Shown: positions 38,580-51,670, counted from the stretch's first letter. The stretch is 64,000 nt of DNA from Squalus acanthias (GCA_030390025.1 CM059446.1:41974001-42038000), one strand, 5' to 3'. Notes: generated by a model not told the origin, from the sequence alone. Program-made: numbers and translations.

Positions 38580-39010
38580 GGCACACATTGGGAAGCTAGC
38601 TTCCCTTGTATAGGTGCACTCTCAACCCACCTAACCCCCCCACACCCAAAAATAAATTCTGGGGCTGGTGTCGTGTTCTTTTCCTAGATTCTTCAATTGT
38701 GGCAGGAGGTTCGAGCTCCCATTGACAACCAGAATAATTATTTATACACAAACACACAGGCACATTTTGAGTTGCAATATATGCCCCCAGAGTGCAATGA
38801 CTGAGGGACAACTGAGTGAGATGCATCATGGGTACTGGAGGAGAAACTACAATACCCAGAGTGCAGTGTGACAATTTCTATCACATGACACAGAAAAGGC
38901 TCCTTCCACTGGGCAGGAGGTGTTCTAGTGCTGAGGTTTGAGATGGAGCACTGGGGGGGTTGTAGTTTCCATCCATCTCCTGTGAAACTACAGTCCTCAG
39001 AGTACATGGT
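38580..39010. promoter_or_regulatory. Cluster of ZNF143/THAP11 (SBS, ACTACA) like motifs plus M-box; candidate promoter/enhancer
   Basis: ACTACAATACCCAGAGTGCA (38846-38865), TACCCATGATGCA (minus, 38822-38834), CCCCCAGAGTGCA (38784-38796), ACTACAACCCCCCCAGTGC (minus, 38948-38966), ACTACAGTCCTCAGAGTACA (about 38987-39006), TTCCCAATGTGTG (minus, about 38582-38594); TCACATGAC at 38881. Confidence 0.5.
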
Positions 39011-40426
39011 AACAACCCGGCAGAAAGGAGACATAAGCGACAGAGGAAAAAAAAAATCTTAAATAAAACGTTTTGAAATTTTCTTCTGTTAAATAACAAT
39101 GGAAGGTTAAGTGTTGACCTTATTTTATGGCCCACTGAAGTCAATGGAGCACAAAAATCAGCCTGGGTGCAAAATGGACATCTGACCCAAACCTGTTCCT
39201 ACCAGCCCGCTAATGTTAAATAGAGGCCAACAATATGGAGACATTTGTATCTTTCAGCATCAGTAGTCTAATATTTTTAAGCTGTCAGTCGTGTATTGCT
39301 TCATTAAGTGTCGAGTTTGAGCAATAAGCAAACTACTGCCACATTTAGGCTGCTACACGGTTTAGCCACAGAAGTTGCACGCCCGCTCTCAGACTACCCA
39401 GTGAACAGCAGCAATGGTGACCGACTAACATGCGCTTTGACAAGCAAAAAGCAGCAGGGGAGTATGGCATCAATTTTGCTCCCAAAGTAAAACAGTCCAA
39501 TCCAAGTTAGGTGCTAGAGGCTGGAAGAGGACAGGAAATGTAGGCATGTCGCATTCACTGGAAGAGGTTAGGGGAGAGCTCAATGAGCTCCTGTCCCATC
39601 ATCTTAAACATCCCACTGTAGAGTGGTCAAACCCACAGAGGTTGGTAGATTTTACAGTCCATCAAGTTGTACTTGCTCCTGAAAAAACAGCTGCATTTAT
39701 TCAGATTCCCAAATAATCCAGTTACATGATGTAAACTTGAACTCCATAAAAACCCTATTTAGGTCATTGATCATTTTAATTGCCTTTCAATACAGACTAG
39801 GAGAAAACAATAAAAAGAGCAATTCAGAGTATGACAATCGTGCATTTAGAATACAATTTTTATGCAGATAACTTAGAAAATGGGGCTTATACAACAGATA
39901 TAATGGTGACAGACGCCACATGTCTGATGTTAGCTGCCGTTGCTAGATTACCAGTAGATTAGAATAAGGGAACCCCTCTCAAGCTCGGCAATATTTGAGT
40001 GTAGGAATGGGTTAACAGCAAAGGCTCAAAATAACTGCTGGAAACAAAATGGTTCAGATTTGGGGTTTTAGATTTATGAATATTTCCCAACACCACCCAA
40101 GACAGGCCAGGCAGAACAGCCCACAATCAATATTGCTCAACACAAGCACCAATATTCCCCTCAGAGGACCGGACCAAGTCTCAGGCACCCCCAACTCAGT
40201 TCTAGCAGGCCAAGTCAGCAAGTTAGACTAAAATGATGCAAGGAATTAAAGAGTAGGAGGCGTTCCAATGGATTCGGACTCTGCCACTCAAGGTACGTAT
40301 GGATAAAGTCAATGTGGATGAGTGTTCAAGATGACAAATGTGGTTTTCACACAAGTTGTGCAGGGAATGGAAGCCAAAAATAGGGCTTCATGAACAAAAA
40401 CACTGCACGTTGGAGGGGATTCCATT

Positions 40427-40600
40427 ACATAGAATTTACAGCACAGAAACAGTCCATTCGGCCCAACTGGTCCACGCCAGTGTTTATGCTCCACATGAGC
40501 CTCCGCCCACCCCCATCCTTCTATTCCTTGCTCCCTCATGTGCTTGTCTAGCTTCTCCTTAAATGCATCTGTGCTATTCGCCTCAACTACTCTTGTGGTT
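40427..40600 (-). mobile_element. CR1 3' end
   Basis: CATAGAATTTACAGCACAGAAACAGTCCATTCGGCCC is the reverse complement of the CR1 tail; ORF fragment VVEANSTDAFKEKLDKHM. Confidence 0.8.
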
Positions 40601-43480
40601 TCCTGGTGGTGCATTTGGGCCTTGGAAGCACTCATTTTATGAACTACTCCCCCGACAGACCCAGTTAGACAGACATCCTGGACTGGGTGTCGCTGCCATC
40701 AGTGTGTGGCTGGTATCAGAGTGCGGCTGGTATCAGAGTGCGGCCAATGCGCAAAAGAGAAGGGCAGCAGTTAGCGTGTCTGTCTTCTGCCCTCTTTACA
40801 TTAGTGGCGTGGCTAACAGCAGCTCTGCAGTACAGGGCAGCACAGCACCATCGCTGCCAGGACTTCCCCCTCCCTCAGCTGGCGAAGAATCATTTTTGTA
40901 AGAATCCACTCTGGCCACCAAAGACCAATGCCCAGAAAAGAAGTCATAATCCAAACTTTTAAACAAGTACAAGCTTGAAGAATGGTCACTTGGCCAAGGT
41001 ATGAAATGGCCACTTGTGCCTGTGGAATCGTATTCGGTGAGTAACTCGCATAAGGTATAAAGAATTTTTTTTTTTTTTAAATAAATGAGCGGAGAACAGC
41101 ACAACTTTCCAATCAAATTGAAGGTAAACTTGAAGCAAATGCTATCTGGAGAACAAACCGGAAAGGTTGCATTGTGCAGTTGAGCAGAAACTGACCTCAA
41201 TATTGTGCTGCGTCTAAATTCCTGAACATTCAGGGCTTCAAACAAATGGTACCAAACTAGTCACCTTAGCCAAACCAATGTACCAAAACAGTGCCCGTGA
41301 AAGCCATCACCACATTCCCTTCTCCAAGAGCGTCATCTCTAAACAGTTTCAAATTTGTGCCATTTCAACTTGTTTAAAATGCCAGAGTACATTTGTTCAA
41401 AAAAAAAACACCCTAATTCACAGCAACCTCAGTACCCAACTGCTGCATTCCAAATACATCAACACATTCTACACGCCAGGGCACAAAACACCCGGTTGGC
41501 ATCCCATGCTGATAAACTGCAAACCACTGCTGGCACTTAAGGAGTTAAATCCTTGAAAACTGCCCAAGCACACAAGCCCGTGAAATAAAAAGCATGCGCA
41601 GGCAACAGCAATATTTCAAAACTTTTTTTTAGAAAGATTAAAAAGTAAAAGCATTGTAGAGTGGTTAACAGGGGAAAAAAGAGAGCCTGGGATTTTGGAG
41701 AACTAAAAACCACCACGTCGTAACATTCAGTAGCTCTTCTTCCAACATTCAAACCCATTCTTACCTGCAGTAGTTCTACAGATTAAGATTTTGTTCAGGT
41801 TAAAAGTAACTCGGCTCAGCCTGCAGCAGCACTTTTACCAGCTCCACCTGCAAGGCACACAGCATTTTAGCTTACGTGTCAATGTTTGCATTCGGTCAGG
41901 AACTTCCTGAAATGAGGCGTGGCAGCTACGAGTGTAGTGATGGAGGATTAAGGTAAGTGGCAGGTTTTAAATTACTCCACTGCCCTAAATACCATGAAAC
42001 ATTTCTAAGCGTTAAAAAGAACCATTGGAGACGGATACCTGGATTTAGCGAGTGAGCAAAATGAATGCAAAGCCAGAGGAAAACAGCTTGATAGGTTTTA
42101 AAAAATAAAAAATAAAAATCTTTGAAACAAACATTGGATTGAGTTTGAGTGTAAATGTGATAATTTGAGAGATTGTGAAAAAATTGGTCAAGAAAATTGT
42201 GCTCACAATCCCAGATGAAGAATGGTTTACTAATCCAATTGCAACATCTGGAGGCCAATAATGTGACACTGGAGCACCTGGTGTGTGAAAGCACCTCAGG
42301 CACTAGCTCCTCATATTTTCAGGCATGCTCAATGTGGACCCAAAGCTCTGCCTGCACTTCGTGCTTCTGTGTGCAAGGCTCATTAAGAAGGCCCCCATAA
42401 ACTGGACATGGCTCAAAGGCCCCCATAAGCGATTTGACTTAGCAGGCTTTCCCATAAAGCATCGGGAGCACCCATGTGGTACCACCCTTCCATTTTTCAA
42501 TTTGGTCCCAAATCCTCTTTCCACATCTAACCATTCAAGTCCCAATCTGGCAAAGGAAAGATAGCAACGTTCAGGCAGCCAGCATCCCTTTCCATGGCTG
42601 CTGGTGCCCAAAATACCAGCTCCACCCCCACTCCAGACATTCCCAACCTGCTACTCGCCAGAAAAATATTGAAGTGAGCGGACGTTGCATTATATGGGGA
42701 GGGGGGGGATCAGCTTGTTCATGTGCAGGTCCACTTGACCTGCACTAGTCCTGACACGGATAGTGGAGTGGGGACCTCAGTGTCAGCAAACACTTCCAGG
42801 TCATGGCCAGTTGCAGAATAAATTTCTAACTGTGCCCCAATAATCTACCTCAGCCTTTACTTCAAGGTGGATTTTCAGTGAGGTCGGATTATTTGGTGTG
42901 AAATTGGGCCGGGGGTGGTGGCTTCTGTATGTACTGTGGGCCTGTACTCACTAGGAACTGGGTTTAGGATGTCTAAGTTTACTTCACAAAAGGACCCAAG
43001 ACATTAGAAACACGAGGCTTCCAATAACAAAGCAGTATGTGCTGTATTCAAACAGATCCCAGAGCATTCCAACCCATTGCACCTTCAGGGACTTTGGAAA
43101 TCATGAAACCCTGGCAGTCTCCTGGCACAGCCTTTAAGGATCCAAATACTGGAATATTTACTTCAACTAAAAAAAAGTGAGCATGCTGTTTTAATGAAAA
43201 CAATCTTAAATGTTAAAGTGGTTTATACTGATCCAGCGTCTTAATGGATTATTTTAAGAAAAAAAATTGCTTTTGCCAATTTGAACAAAGCAAACTAATT
43301 TTGTGACCAGGCCAAATTATTACAAGTCCTGTTTAATTTCACAGCTGTTACATTATCAAACATCTTCAAGTACTTTATTTGTGGTGGGGGGGGGGGAGGG
43401 AAATAAAGGGAAAGAGGACAGAGGGTCACGCAGATAATGAGCTGGAGGTGAAGACAGTCAGGTGGGGAGACTTAAGGCGC

Positions 43481-43728
43481 CATAGAAACAGGAGTAGGAG
43501 TAGGCCATTCAGCGCCTTGGGCCTGATCCGCCCATTCAATTCAATCATGGCTGAACTGCACCTCGACTCCATTTACCCACCTTTGTTCCACATCCCTGGA
43601 TACCCTTGCTCAACAAAAATCTGTCAAACTCAAGTCTTGAAAATTTCTTTTGGGAAAGCGAATTCCAGATTTCCACTAGCCTTTGTGCGGAAAAAACGTG
43701 CTTCCTGATTTCACTCCTAAAATGGCCT
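43481..43728 (-). mobile_element. CR1 3' end
   Basis: CATAGAAACAGGAGTAGGAGTAGGCCATTCAG tail; FRSEIRKHVFSAQRLVEIWNSL in ORF 43545-43763. Confidence 0.8.
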
Positions 43729-44084
43729 AAAAAGGATTTGGAAAGCAGGAAGAGAGGTGACAAGGTGTAGCGGTGTGGGAAAAGGATCCGAGGCCAGGAG
43801 CATGATGGCTGAGGGACTGACCTCTACTGGCAGAGCAGAGTATTGTGGAAAACAAACTACTCCAGAGGCCTATGGCTAAAGCGGATTCAAACTGGATGGG
43901 GCAAGGTGGTGGAGGAATTGAGATTCAGAGAGACACACAAGGGGCTAGTGGTACTTTGCCAGGGACCTCGGGCCTCCCCTGCAATAAATTTATGAATTAG
44001 CAGAAGTTTTGGAAGAGTGGTCAGCACAATAGCAAGGAACCCAGAGACCATTTGAGAAATTCGTTCCAGAGATCATAATTTGAC

Positions 44085-44240
44085 AACAACCCAGTTTCTT
44101 ATTTGCTTTGCTTATTGCTGCCCCACAGGCTCTAGATGTGGTCAACAACAGGTCAACCAACACCCCTAAGTCTCTAGTTCTACCCCACTTATTTGAATGC
44201 ACGTGCCTATTTTCAGTTCCAATATATGTGGTAACGTGCT
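44085..44240 (-). mobile_element. Old CR1 ORF2 fragment
   Basis: RDLGVLVDLLLTTSRACGAAISKANKKLGC resembles the CR1 DLGV..D..L....C..A.KKAN.MLG motif. Confidence 0.6.
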
Positions 44241-47200
44241 TTTGTCCATATCAAATTTTGTCACTGATGAGTCCATATGTAAATCCTGCCAATCTCTTGG
44301 ATGTCTCTCTCGGGTCCACAGCAACCTCCACTTGGTGTCAGTTGAATTTAACTATCTTATGGAGAGCGACTGCCGATCACTTACACATACTAGGAACTGG
44401 AGTGATCCCATCACACACCAGAGGCCTCTCCTACTGCAACTCCGATATAGCATCACTGGTCCCATTTTAATACAGAAAAACCACCACCAGGGTTACAAAC
44501 AAGTGTGCCTTTAAAAGGAGAGTGGGGACCACCACTTAATTGTGCCACTTTAAACCAAAATTGAATTAAATTCAAAAAAGGTCACAATGATACAAGAGGG
44601 TGCAGGTTAGGGAGATCAGAGGAGGTAGTTCACAATGGAGAAGGAACGTTTGTCCTTGGCCTCCAGGATGAGCCGAGTGAGGGGGGATCTGGCTACTGCA
44701 ATGCAACAATAAAAAAAAAGTACTCCATAGAGCACGTGCAACAATTTGGATACTTAACCATCCTACTGAATTGGAGAGAAACAGTTCGCTGAAGATCTGC
44801 TGGAATAGAGGGTGGTAAAATGTCACTAGGATCTTGCAAAGTCATGGTAACATCATCTGATACTTATCTACTTTCAACAGAAATCCTTACTACTAAAGCA
44901 GATCTGGAAATAAGAAAATCTACACTTCTTGCCCCAAGGCTGGATTTAATACATTCACTGGACAGCGATTGCAACAGTGCTACAAAGACAGAGCGCTGAG
45001 AGAAAGTGCTGGGAGCGCACTCCAGGTGCAGTCTCAGTGCAAGACGCAGTTTCACACTAATGCATACATTTAAAATGGTGCAAGCCAGTAAGGTATACAG
45101 GCAAGGTGTTGTGTTTTGTTTTAAGAATGCTCCAGAGGGAACCAAGTACCATAGTTTTAAAAGCAAATCGATTCCCTTGAGGATTTGATTGTTTTCATTC
45201 TGGGCCTTTTGAAGGCTCCATACAGGTTTGAAGTCTGCTCGTAAGGAGACGTAGGTTCTGCTCGGCCTACTTGGAACAGTTGCTGGCCAGAATCCCCATG
45301 GTAGCCTGGAACCATCCCGCAGACACGCCCCTAAAAAGTCTCGACCAGATGGAAAGGTTGGCAGACTTCCTCTTTCCACCCCCCCCGGCAAGTATTTTCA
45401 ACAGAAAATACTCCAATCACTGAGAAAATCTTTATCAAGAACAAAACCGGTTATAAAAATGTAAATACACACGCTGCATTTCAACACATTCAAGGGCAAT
45501 GACAATATAGTTTTCAGCTGTTACACAATGTTCCATAGCATTCGACCCAAGGATGGAAGCAGTTGCCACATTTAGTCAGTAAAAATGGGACCTTCTATTG
45601 AGGAAAATGCACAGCAAGTAGAAACACACCACAGTTAGTCATTCGGCTGATTCTCTGCACTACCTAATTATTTATGTCGAATTCAGTAGCACTTGCCAAA
45701 ATAAAAGTATGTTTTTGATGCATTAAAATTAGCATTCAATTTATATTTTGCAAGCTAGATGTTTTAAACTGGCTCTGCACCATCAAACATCATCCATTTG
45801 TACTGTAGGAAATCATTAAGATCTACCACGGGATTGAGACGGGCAGGGAAGAAGCTAACTCAAACCAACATCATAAAAGCCCGATTGTAGGTCAGACATT
45901 CTAGACTCATTGGCAGTGACTTAGTTAGCTGAAGAGAAAAAACAACTCCAAGGAACAAATTTCCAGGGGGAAAAATAAATTATTCCTAATACTTGAATAT
46001 TAGGAATCTTATCAAAATGCAATCACAGCTTTCAAAGAGAGTGAACTGCTTGAGAGAAAAGAGAATTGGTTTGTTTAGTTTTTTTTTAAACCCACGGAGG
46101 TGGTGTGGTTCTGATCTATTCCCGGCACTGACGCAACTGCCAATATTCTGAGTCAGAATCTAGCATGAAGGGTGCAAATTAATTCACCCATGGGGAAAAC
46201 AGATCAACGTGGCTTGCTCTCCCCCGCCAGATGACACGAGCTGAAAGTCAGGAACTTCAGGGGGTGGGGGGGGGGGGGGGGGGGGGGGCAGAAAACCATC
46301 CAAGCCTGACCACTGCACGAACAGGCTGCACATTTAAAGCAGATTTTTATTACCAATTTGGAGGGGCTGGGAGCTACAGATTCATTTTACATCAGCCCAA
46401 ATGCTGGAAAAAATAATAAGTGGCATAAAACAGTAACTTTGCTTGAAACAAGTGATTTCCTTCATGATGTACAGTGCTCTGATGCAGTTATATGGCAATA
46501 TCATACTTCAGGATACATACATTATTCCTAGATTCAGATGGCTTCATTCATACTGCTTACAGCACTTGAATTCAATGACCGAAGTCTTTGCTCACTCACC
46601 GCCGCACATTATAAAAATGAATTGGCTTGGTTTATCTTAAAAAAAAATCCATTTCACTTAATTACATCAGAGCCAGTGAACCATTTGAACCCACTCAAAC
46701 CCAAAAGCTGCCTCACCGATTCAAAAATCAGTGGATCAAAGTTGTTGAAGTCTTCATAACACTTCAAAATACTGAACAAAACCAATTTTAATATCGATCT
46801 GGTGTTAAAAATTGTGCAACTGCTCATACCTCAGTATGATGGGGGAAGAAAAATGCAGTCCAGCGTCTGAACCTTCAGTGTCCAATTCCACTATGAAGCA
46901 AACTCTAGTCTCCTGCCTTGGTCACAAAATGTCCGTTTCATCCAGAAGGCTGAAGTGGAGAGGGGGGGGAAAAGAGAAAGATTTGAAGAAAATCAGAACA
47001 CCTCGAAGCACTTAACTGGGTCCTTGTCTAATGTGCAGAAACTATAAGAGAGACAAACTTACAAAAGGAAATCCAGCAAACAAGAAGCTCCGTCACCAAC
47101 TACAAAGACTGCAGCCTTTCTTAATAGGCATCAGCTGCTTATCATGTGGTCCTGCAGACTGATCAGGGATCTTTTCCTTCAGCACAAACTATCCAATTAA

Positions 47201-47387
47201 ACACTGAAACCACGTCTCCTGTATATTAACCAAATAGTTGAATATTTTGAAACTTCCATACTGAGAAAACTACATTAAAAAAATGTTCACCATTAAACAA
47301 GCCGCAGTCCAGGTACCAGTGTTATTTGCAGACCAAAAGTTTCATTTGTCCACATTGAACAGCCCCGGGGACTGAAAGGACCATCCA

Positions 47388-47640
47388 CCGTTTTATCTCT
47401 TAATCTCTCCTGCCTTCCATCCTATCAGATCTTCCCTTTTGTTGTTTCCTCCCCTCCCCGCTTTCCCTGCCCTTGCTTAAAAACCTGCTCCACCTCCAGC
47501 TTTTTCCAGTTCTGACGAAGGGACATCGACCTGAAACATTAACTCGGTCTCTCGCTCCACAGATGCTGCCTGACCTGCTGAGTATTTCCAGCATTTTCTG
47601 CTTTTATTTCAGATTTCCAGCATCCGCAGTATTTTGCTTT
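47388..47640 (+). mobile_element. Penelope-like element terminal remnant, family A
   Basis: Pyrimidine-rich lead-in, hammerhead core, CAGATGCTGCCTGACCTGCTGAGTATTTCCAGCATTTTCTG...CATCCGCAGTATTTTGCTTT; homologous to 5920-6143. Confidence 0.78.
47508..47544 (+). ncRNA. Minimal type-I hammerhead ribozyme motif, partly decayed
   Basis: AGUU CUGACGA AGGGAC AUC GACCU GAAA CA UU AACU; helix III palindrome broken (ACAU) and helix II mismatched. Confidence 0.6.
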
Positions 47641-48099
47641 TAACTTAAAGGAAACCTTTTCTCCCAACTTTAGGATAAAAAAAAATGATTGTGTACATCT
47701 GTAAAATGAAAGTCATGCGTCTACAACACATCTGTATCGGATTGGCTCAAATGTCATTCATAAACAGCAATAAAGCACGACTGAACAGGTGTTGAACCTA
47801 CAAATGAACAGTTAGCAAAAAGTACCAAGAAGGTATGAAAGTCAGTAAAGAACTAGTAAAAAAGTAACCACTGAAAATACTTTCTGCTGCCATCCTATTT
47901 GCTCAGTAACTCAAGGGCCTAATATTAAATACAAGGTTTCAAGAAAAAAAAGTAATTGTTTTATGTTCAAGTTATGCATTTCAGATTCACGCCTTTTGAA
48001 ATCTCTCCCATTGTTCCTCTTGAGGCCTGCCCTTCTTTCAAGTGCCTGATTCTTGAATTTTAAAAGGCTTTCCTGGCTGAAGAGACTCAACCAGGTAAA

Positions 48100-48546
48100 A
48101 AGAAAAAAAGGCTTGCATTTATATAGCACCTTTCACGACCATCAGAAGTCCCAAAGCGTTTTACAGCCAATGAAGTACTTTTTTTAAAAAAAAACATGTA
48201 GTCACTGTTGTAATCTAGGAAACGTGGCAACCAATTTAAGCACAGCAAGCTCCCACAAACAGCAATGTGATAATGACCAGATAATCTGTTTTAGTGATGT
48301 TGATTGAGGAATAAATATTGGCCAGGACACAAGGGATAGTTCCACTGCTCTTCTTTGAAATAGTGCCATAGGATCTTTTACATCCACCAGAGTCTCATCC
48401 GAAAGACGGCACCTCCGACAGTGCAGCACTCCCTCAGCACTGCAGTGTCCGCCTAGATTTTTGTGCTCAAGTCCCTGGAGTGGGACTTGAACCCACAACC
48501 TTCTGACTCAGAGGCGAGAGTGCTACCAACTGAGCCACTGGCTGAC
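48100..48546 (-). mobile_element. Near full-length Deu-domain tRNA-SINE
   Basis: A box TGGCTCAGTTGG, B box GGTTCAAGTCC; highly similar to 20143-20594. Confidence 0.92.
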
Positions 48547-48634
48547 ACACAAAAGGTAGCTGACTACAATTCTCAGAACGCAACCAAAGGCTCCCTATCT
48601 TCTTAATGAATACTTTGCATCTGTTTTCACAAGA

Positions 48635-50270
48635 GGGGCGATGCAAACATTGCAATCAGGGAGGAGGTGTGTGAAATATTAGATGAAATAAACAGAGAGA
48701 GAAGTATTAAGGGGTTTAGCAGCTTTAAAAGTGGATAAATCCCCAGGCCAGAATGAAATGTATCCCAGGCTGTTAAGAGAAGCAAGAGGAAATAGCAAGG
48801 GCTCTGACCAGCATTTTCCAATCCTCACTGGCTACAGGTGTGGTGCCGGAGGACTGCTAACATTGTACCTTTGTTTAAAAAAGGGAGAAAGGGATAGACC
48901 GAGTAATTACAGGCCAGTCAGCCTAACCTCTGTAGTGGGAAAATTATTGGAAAAAGTTCTGAGGGTCAGGATAAATCTTCATTTAGAAAGACACGGATTA
49001 ATCAAGGACAGTCAGCACGGATTTGTTAAGGGAAGGTCGCGTCTGACTAACTTGATTGAATATTTTGAGGTGGTAATAAGGAGGGTCGATGAAGGTAGTG
49101 CATTTGATGTAGTGTACATGGATTTTAGCAAGGCCTTTGATAAGGTCCTGCATGGCAGACTGGTCACAAAAGTGAAAGCCCATGGGATCCAAGGCAAAGT
49201 GGTAAGTTGGATCCAAAATTGGCTCAGAGGCAGGAAGCAGAGGGTAATGGTTGATGGGTGTTTGTGTGACTGGAAGGCGGTTTCCAGTGGGGTGCTGCAG
49301 GGCTCAGTTCTAGGTCCTTTGCTTTTTGTGGTATATCTCAATGATTTAGACTTGAATGTAGGGGGTATGATTTAAGAAGTTTGAAGATGATACAAAAATC
49401 AGCTGTGTGGTTGATACTGAAGAAGAAAACTGTAGACTGCAGGAAGATATCAATGAACTGGTCAAGTGAGCAGAACAGTGGCCAATGGAATTCAATCCAG
49501 AGAAGTGTGAGATAATGAATTTGGGGAGGACTAACAAGGCAAGGGAATACACATTAAATGTTAGGACACTGAGAAGTGTAGAGGAACAAAGGGACCTTGG
49601 AGTGCAGGTCCACAGATCCCTGAAGGTAGCAGGCCAAGTAGATAAGGTGGTTAAGAAGGCATACGGAATACTTGTATTCTTATGCCTCGGCTAATAAAGG
49701 CAAGAGCAGGGAGGTTATGCTTGAACTGTATAAAACACTAGTTAGGCCACAGCTAGAGTACTGCGTGCAGTTCTGGTCACCACATTACAGGAAAGATGTG
49801 ATTGCACTAGAGAGGGTACAGAGGAGATTTACAAGGATGTTGCCCGGACTGGAGAATTTTAGCTACGAGGAAAGATTGGATAGGCTGGGTTTGTTTTCTT
49901 TGGAACAGAGGAGGCTGAGAGGAGACCATGTTGAGGTGTATAAAATTGAGGCGCCGAGATAGAGTGGATAGAAAGGACCTATTTATCTTAGAGGGGTCAA
50001 CAACCAGGAGGCATAGATTTAAAGTAATTGGTAGGAAGTTTAGAGAGGATTTGAGGGGAAATTTCTTCACCCAGAGGGTGGTTGGGGTCTGGAACTCACT
50101 GCCTGAAAGGGTGGTAGAGGCAGAGAACCTCATTACATTTAAAAAGTGCTTGGATGTGCACTTGAAGTGTCGTTATCTACAGGGCTACGGACCAAGAGCT
50201 GGAAAGCGGGATTAGGCTGGATAGCTGTTGGCTGGCGCGGACACGATGGGCCGAAATGGCCTCCTTCCGA
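48635..50270 (+). mobile_element. CR1 (HER1-like) LINE, RT domain to 3' end, disrupted by stops and frameshifts
   Basis: NYRPVSLTSVVGKLLE, SQHGFVKGRS, VYMDFSKAFDKV, SGVLQGSVLGPLLF, (F)EDDTK, LYKTLVRPQLEYCVQFWSPH, GATGGGCCGAAATGGCCTCCTTC. Confidence 0.95.
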
Positions 50271-50312
50271 GTCTAATGAAAACTTGGAGCAGGGGCACAA
50301 CACCAGATAGAT

Positions 50313-50786
50313 TCTGCGGCCTGGAGGAGTCCGTCTATCACATTTATATTGAGTGTGAGAGGTTGCAGCCCCTCTTTCATTATTTGAAGGGGCTGCTCCT
50401 CAATTTCTGGTTGCACTTCAGCCCCACGCTCCTGATCTACGGTCACCCGGTGCGGAGGGGAGCGGGTAGGTCGGAGGACCTCCTCGTAGGACTGCTCCTG
50501 GGCCTGGCCAAGAAAGCCATTAATTGGTCCAGGCAGCGGGCGGTCGAGGGGGTCGTTCGGCCCGATTGCCTGCCTCTCTTCCGTGGCCATGTTCGCGCCC
50601 GGGTGGCCCTGGAGATGGAGCACGCGGTGTCCGCCGGCACGCTTGAGTTTTTCCGCGACCGGTGGGCGCCGCGGGGGCTGGAGTGCATCGTCACCCCGGA
50701 CTTCCAAATTTTGATTTGATTTATTAAGTTTCATTTAAAGTTTTAATTGATTTACAGTAAATTTTGATTTGTCCAACCAAAAAGAG
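50313..50786 (+). mobile_element. 5'-truncated Tx1-clade (L1-like) LINE with 15-bp TSD
   Basis: Open GC-rich ORF2 C-terminus FCGLEESVYHIYIECERLQPLF..LLNFWLHFSPTLLIYG..LLLGLAKKAI with a partial CCHC-type zinc knuckle, stop at 50719, T-rich 3' UTR and A tail; TSD CAACACCAGATAGAT at 50298-50312 and 50787-50801. Confidence 0.88.
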
Positions 50787-51011
50787 CAACACCAGATAGA
50801 TGGATCTTAGTTTTAAAAAAAGGATGGACAGCAAAAAAAAAATGGTCACTCACTCACCATGCTGTTTGTAAAACCACCTTCCTCTCCCATTCAATGACTT
50901 TCTAGCACCAAACAAAACAGAATAAAAATATAAAAATCGACAGGAAAAACAAAATATAACCACATCAAGGGGTTTATAATATACAATAGTGCAAACATGC
51001 TACAGTTAGAG

Positions 51012-51670
51012 AACCAGCTAGGTTCAGTTGGTAGCACTGTCACACAAGTCAGAAGGTTGTGGGTTCAAGCCAGACTTCAGTACATAGTCTAGGTCGGTAC
51101 TGCAGTACCGAGGGAGTTCTGCATTATTACAAGTGGCATCTATTGGATGAGATGTTAAACCAAGGCCTGCCTGCCCATTTCAGGTGGATGTAAAGGATCC
51201 CACGGCACTCTTCAAAAGAGCAGGGAGTTCTCCACTCCTCTTGCCAACATTCAGTCTTCTCTCAACCAACACCACTAACAAAGAATACAACCATTAACTG
51301 CATCATTTTTCATTTTCTGTTTGTGGGACGTTGCTGTGCACAAATTGGCTGCACTTTGGGATGTCCCAAGGACATGAGGCACTTTATAAATACAAAATCT
51401 CTTTCTTTAATTCTGCCACTCCAGTCACTGCAGGAACACTTCCACCTTCTGGATTTCACTGCTCCCAATTGCCAGGTAATAAAATCAACCCTTATCTGGT
51501 CATCATCATACTGCTGTCTGTAGGATCTTCCTGTGCATGAATTGGCTGCCACATTCCTAACATTACAACACTAACTACATTTCAAAAAGTAGTTAATTAG
51601 CTGTAAAGCACTTTGGAATGTCTGGAGGTTGCGAAAGGCGCTATAGAAATGCAAGTCTTTTTTTCTTTTC
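51012..51670 (+). mobile_element. Deu-domain SINE followed by a second SINE 3' half
   Basis: Head GGTTCAGTTGGTAGC...GGGTTCAAGCC, core, first tail ending about 51405; second 3' half 51490-51670 ending GAAAGGCGCTATAGAAATGCAAGTCTTT. Confidence 0.85.

Noticed and set aside
50283-50297. TTGGAGCAGGG resembling U2 snRNA next to the Tx1 insertion (Keno-like targeting)
   Set aside because: Only about 11 nt match, with no other U2 sequence around it.
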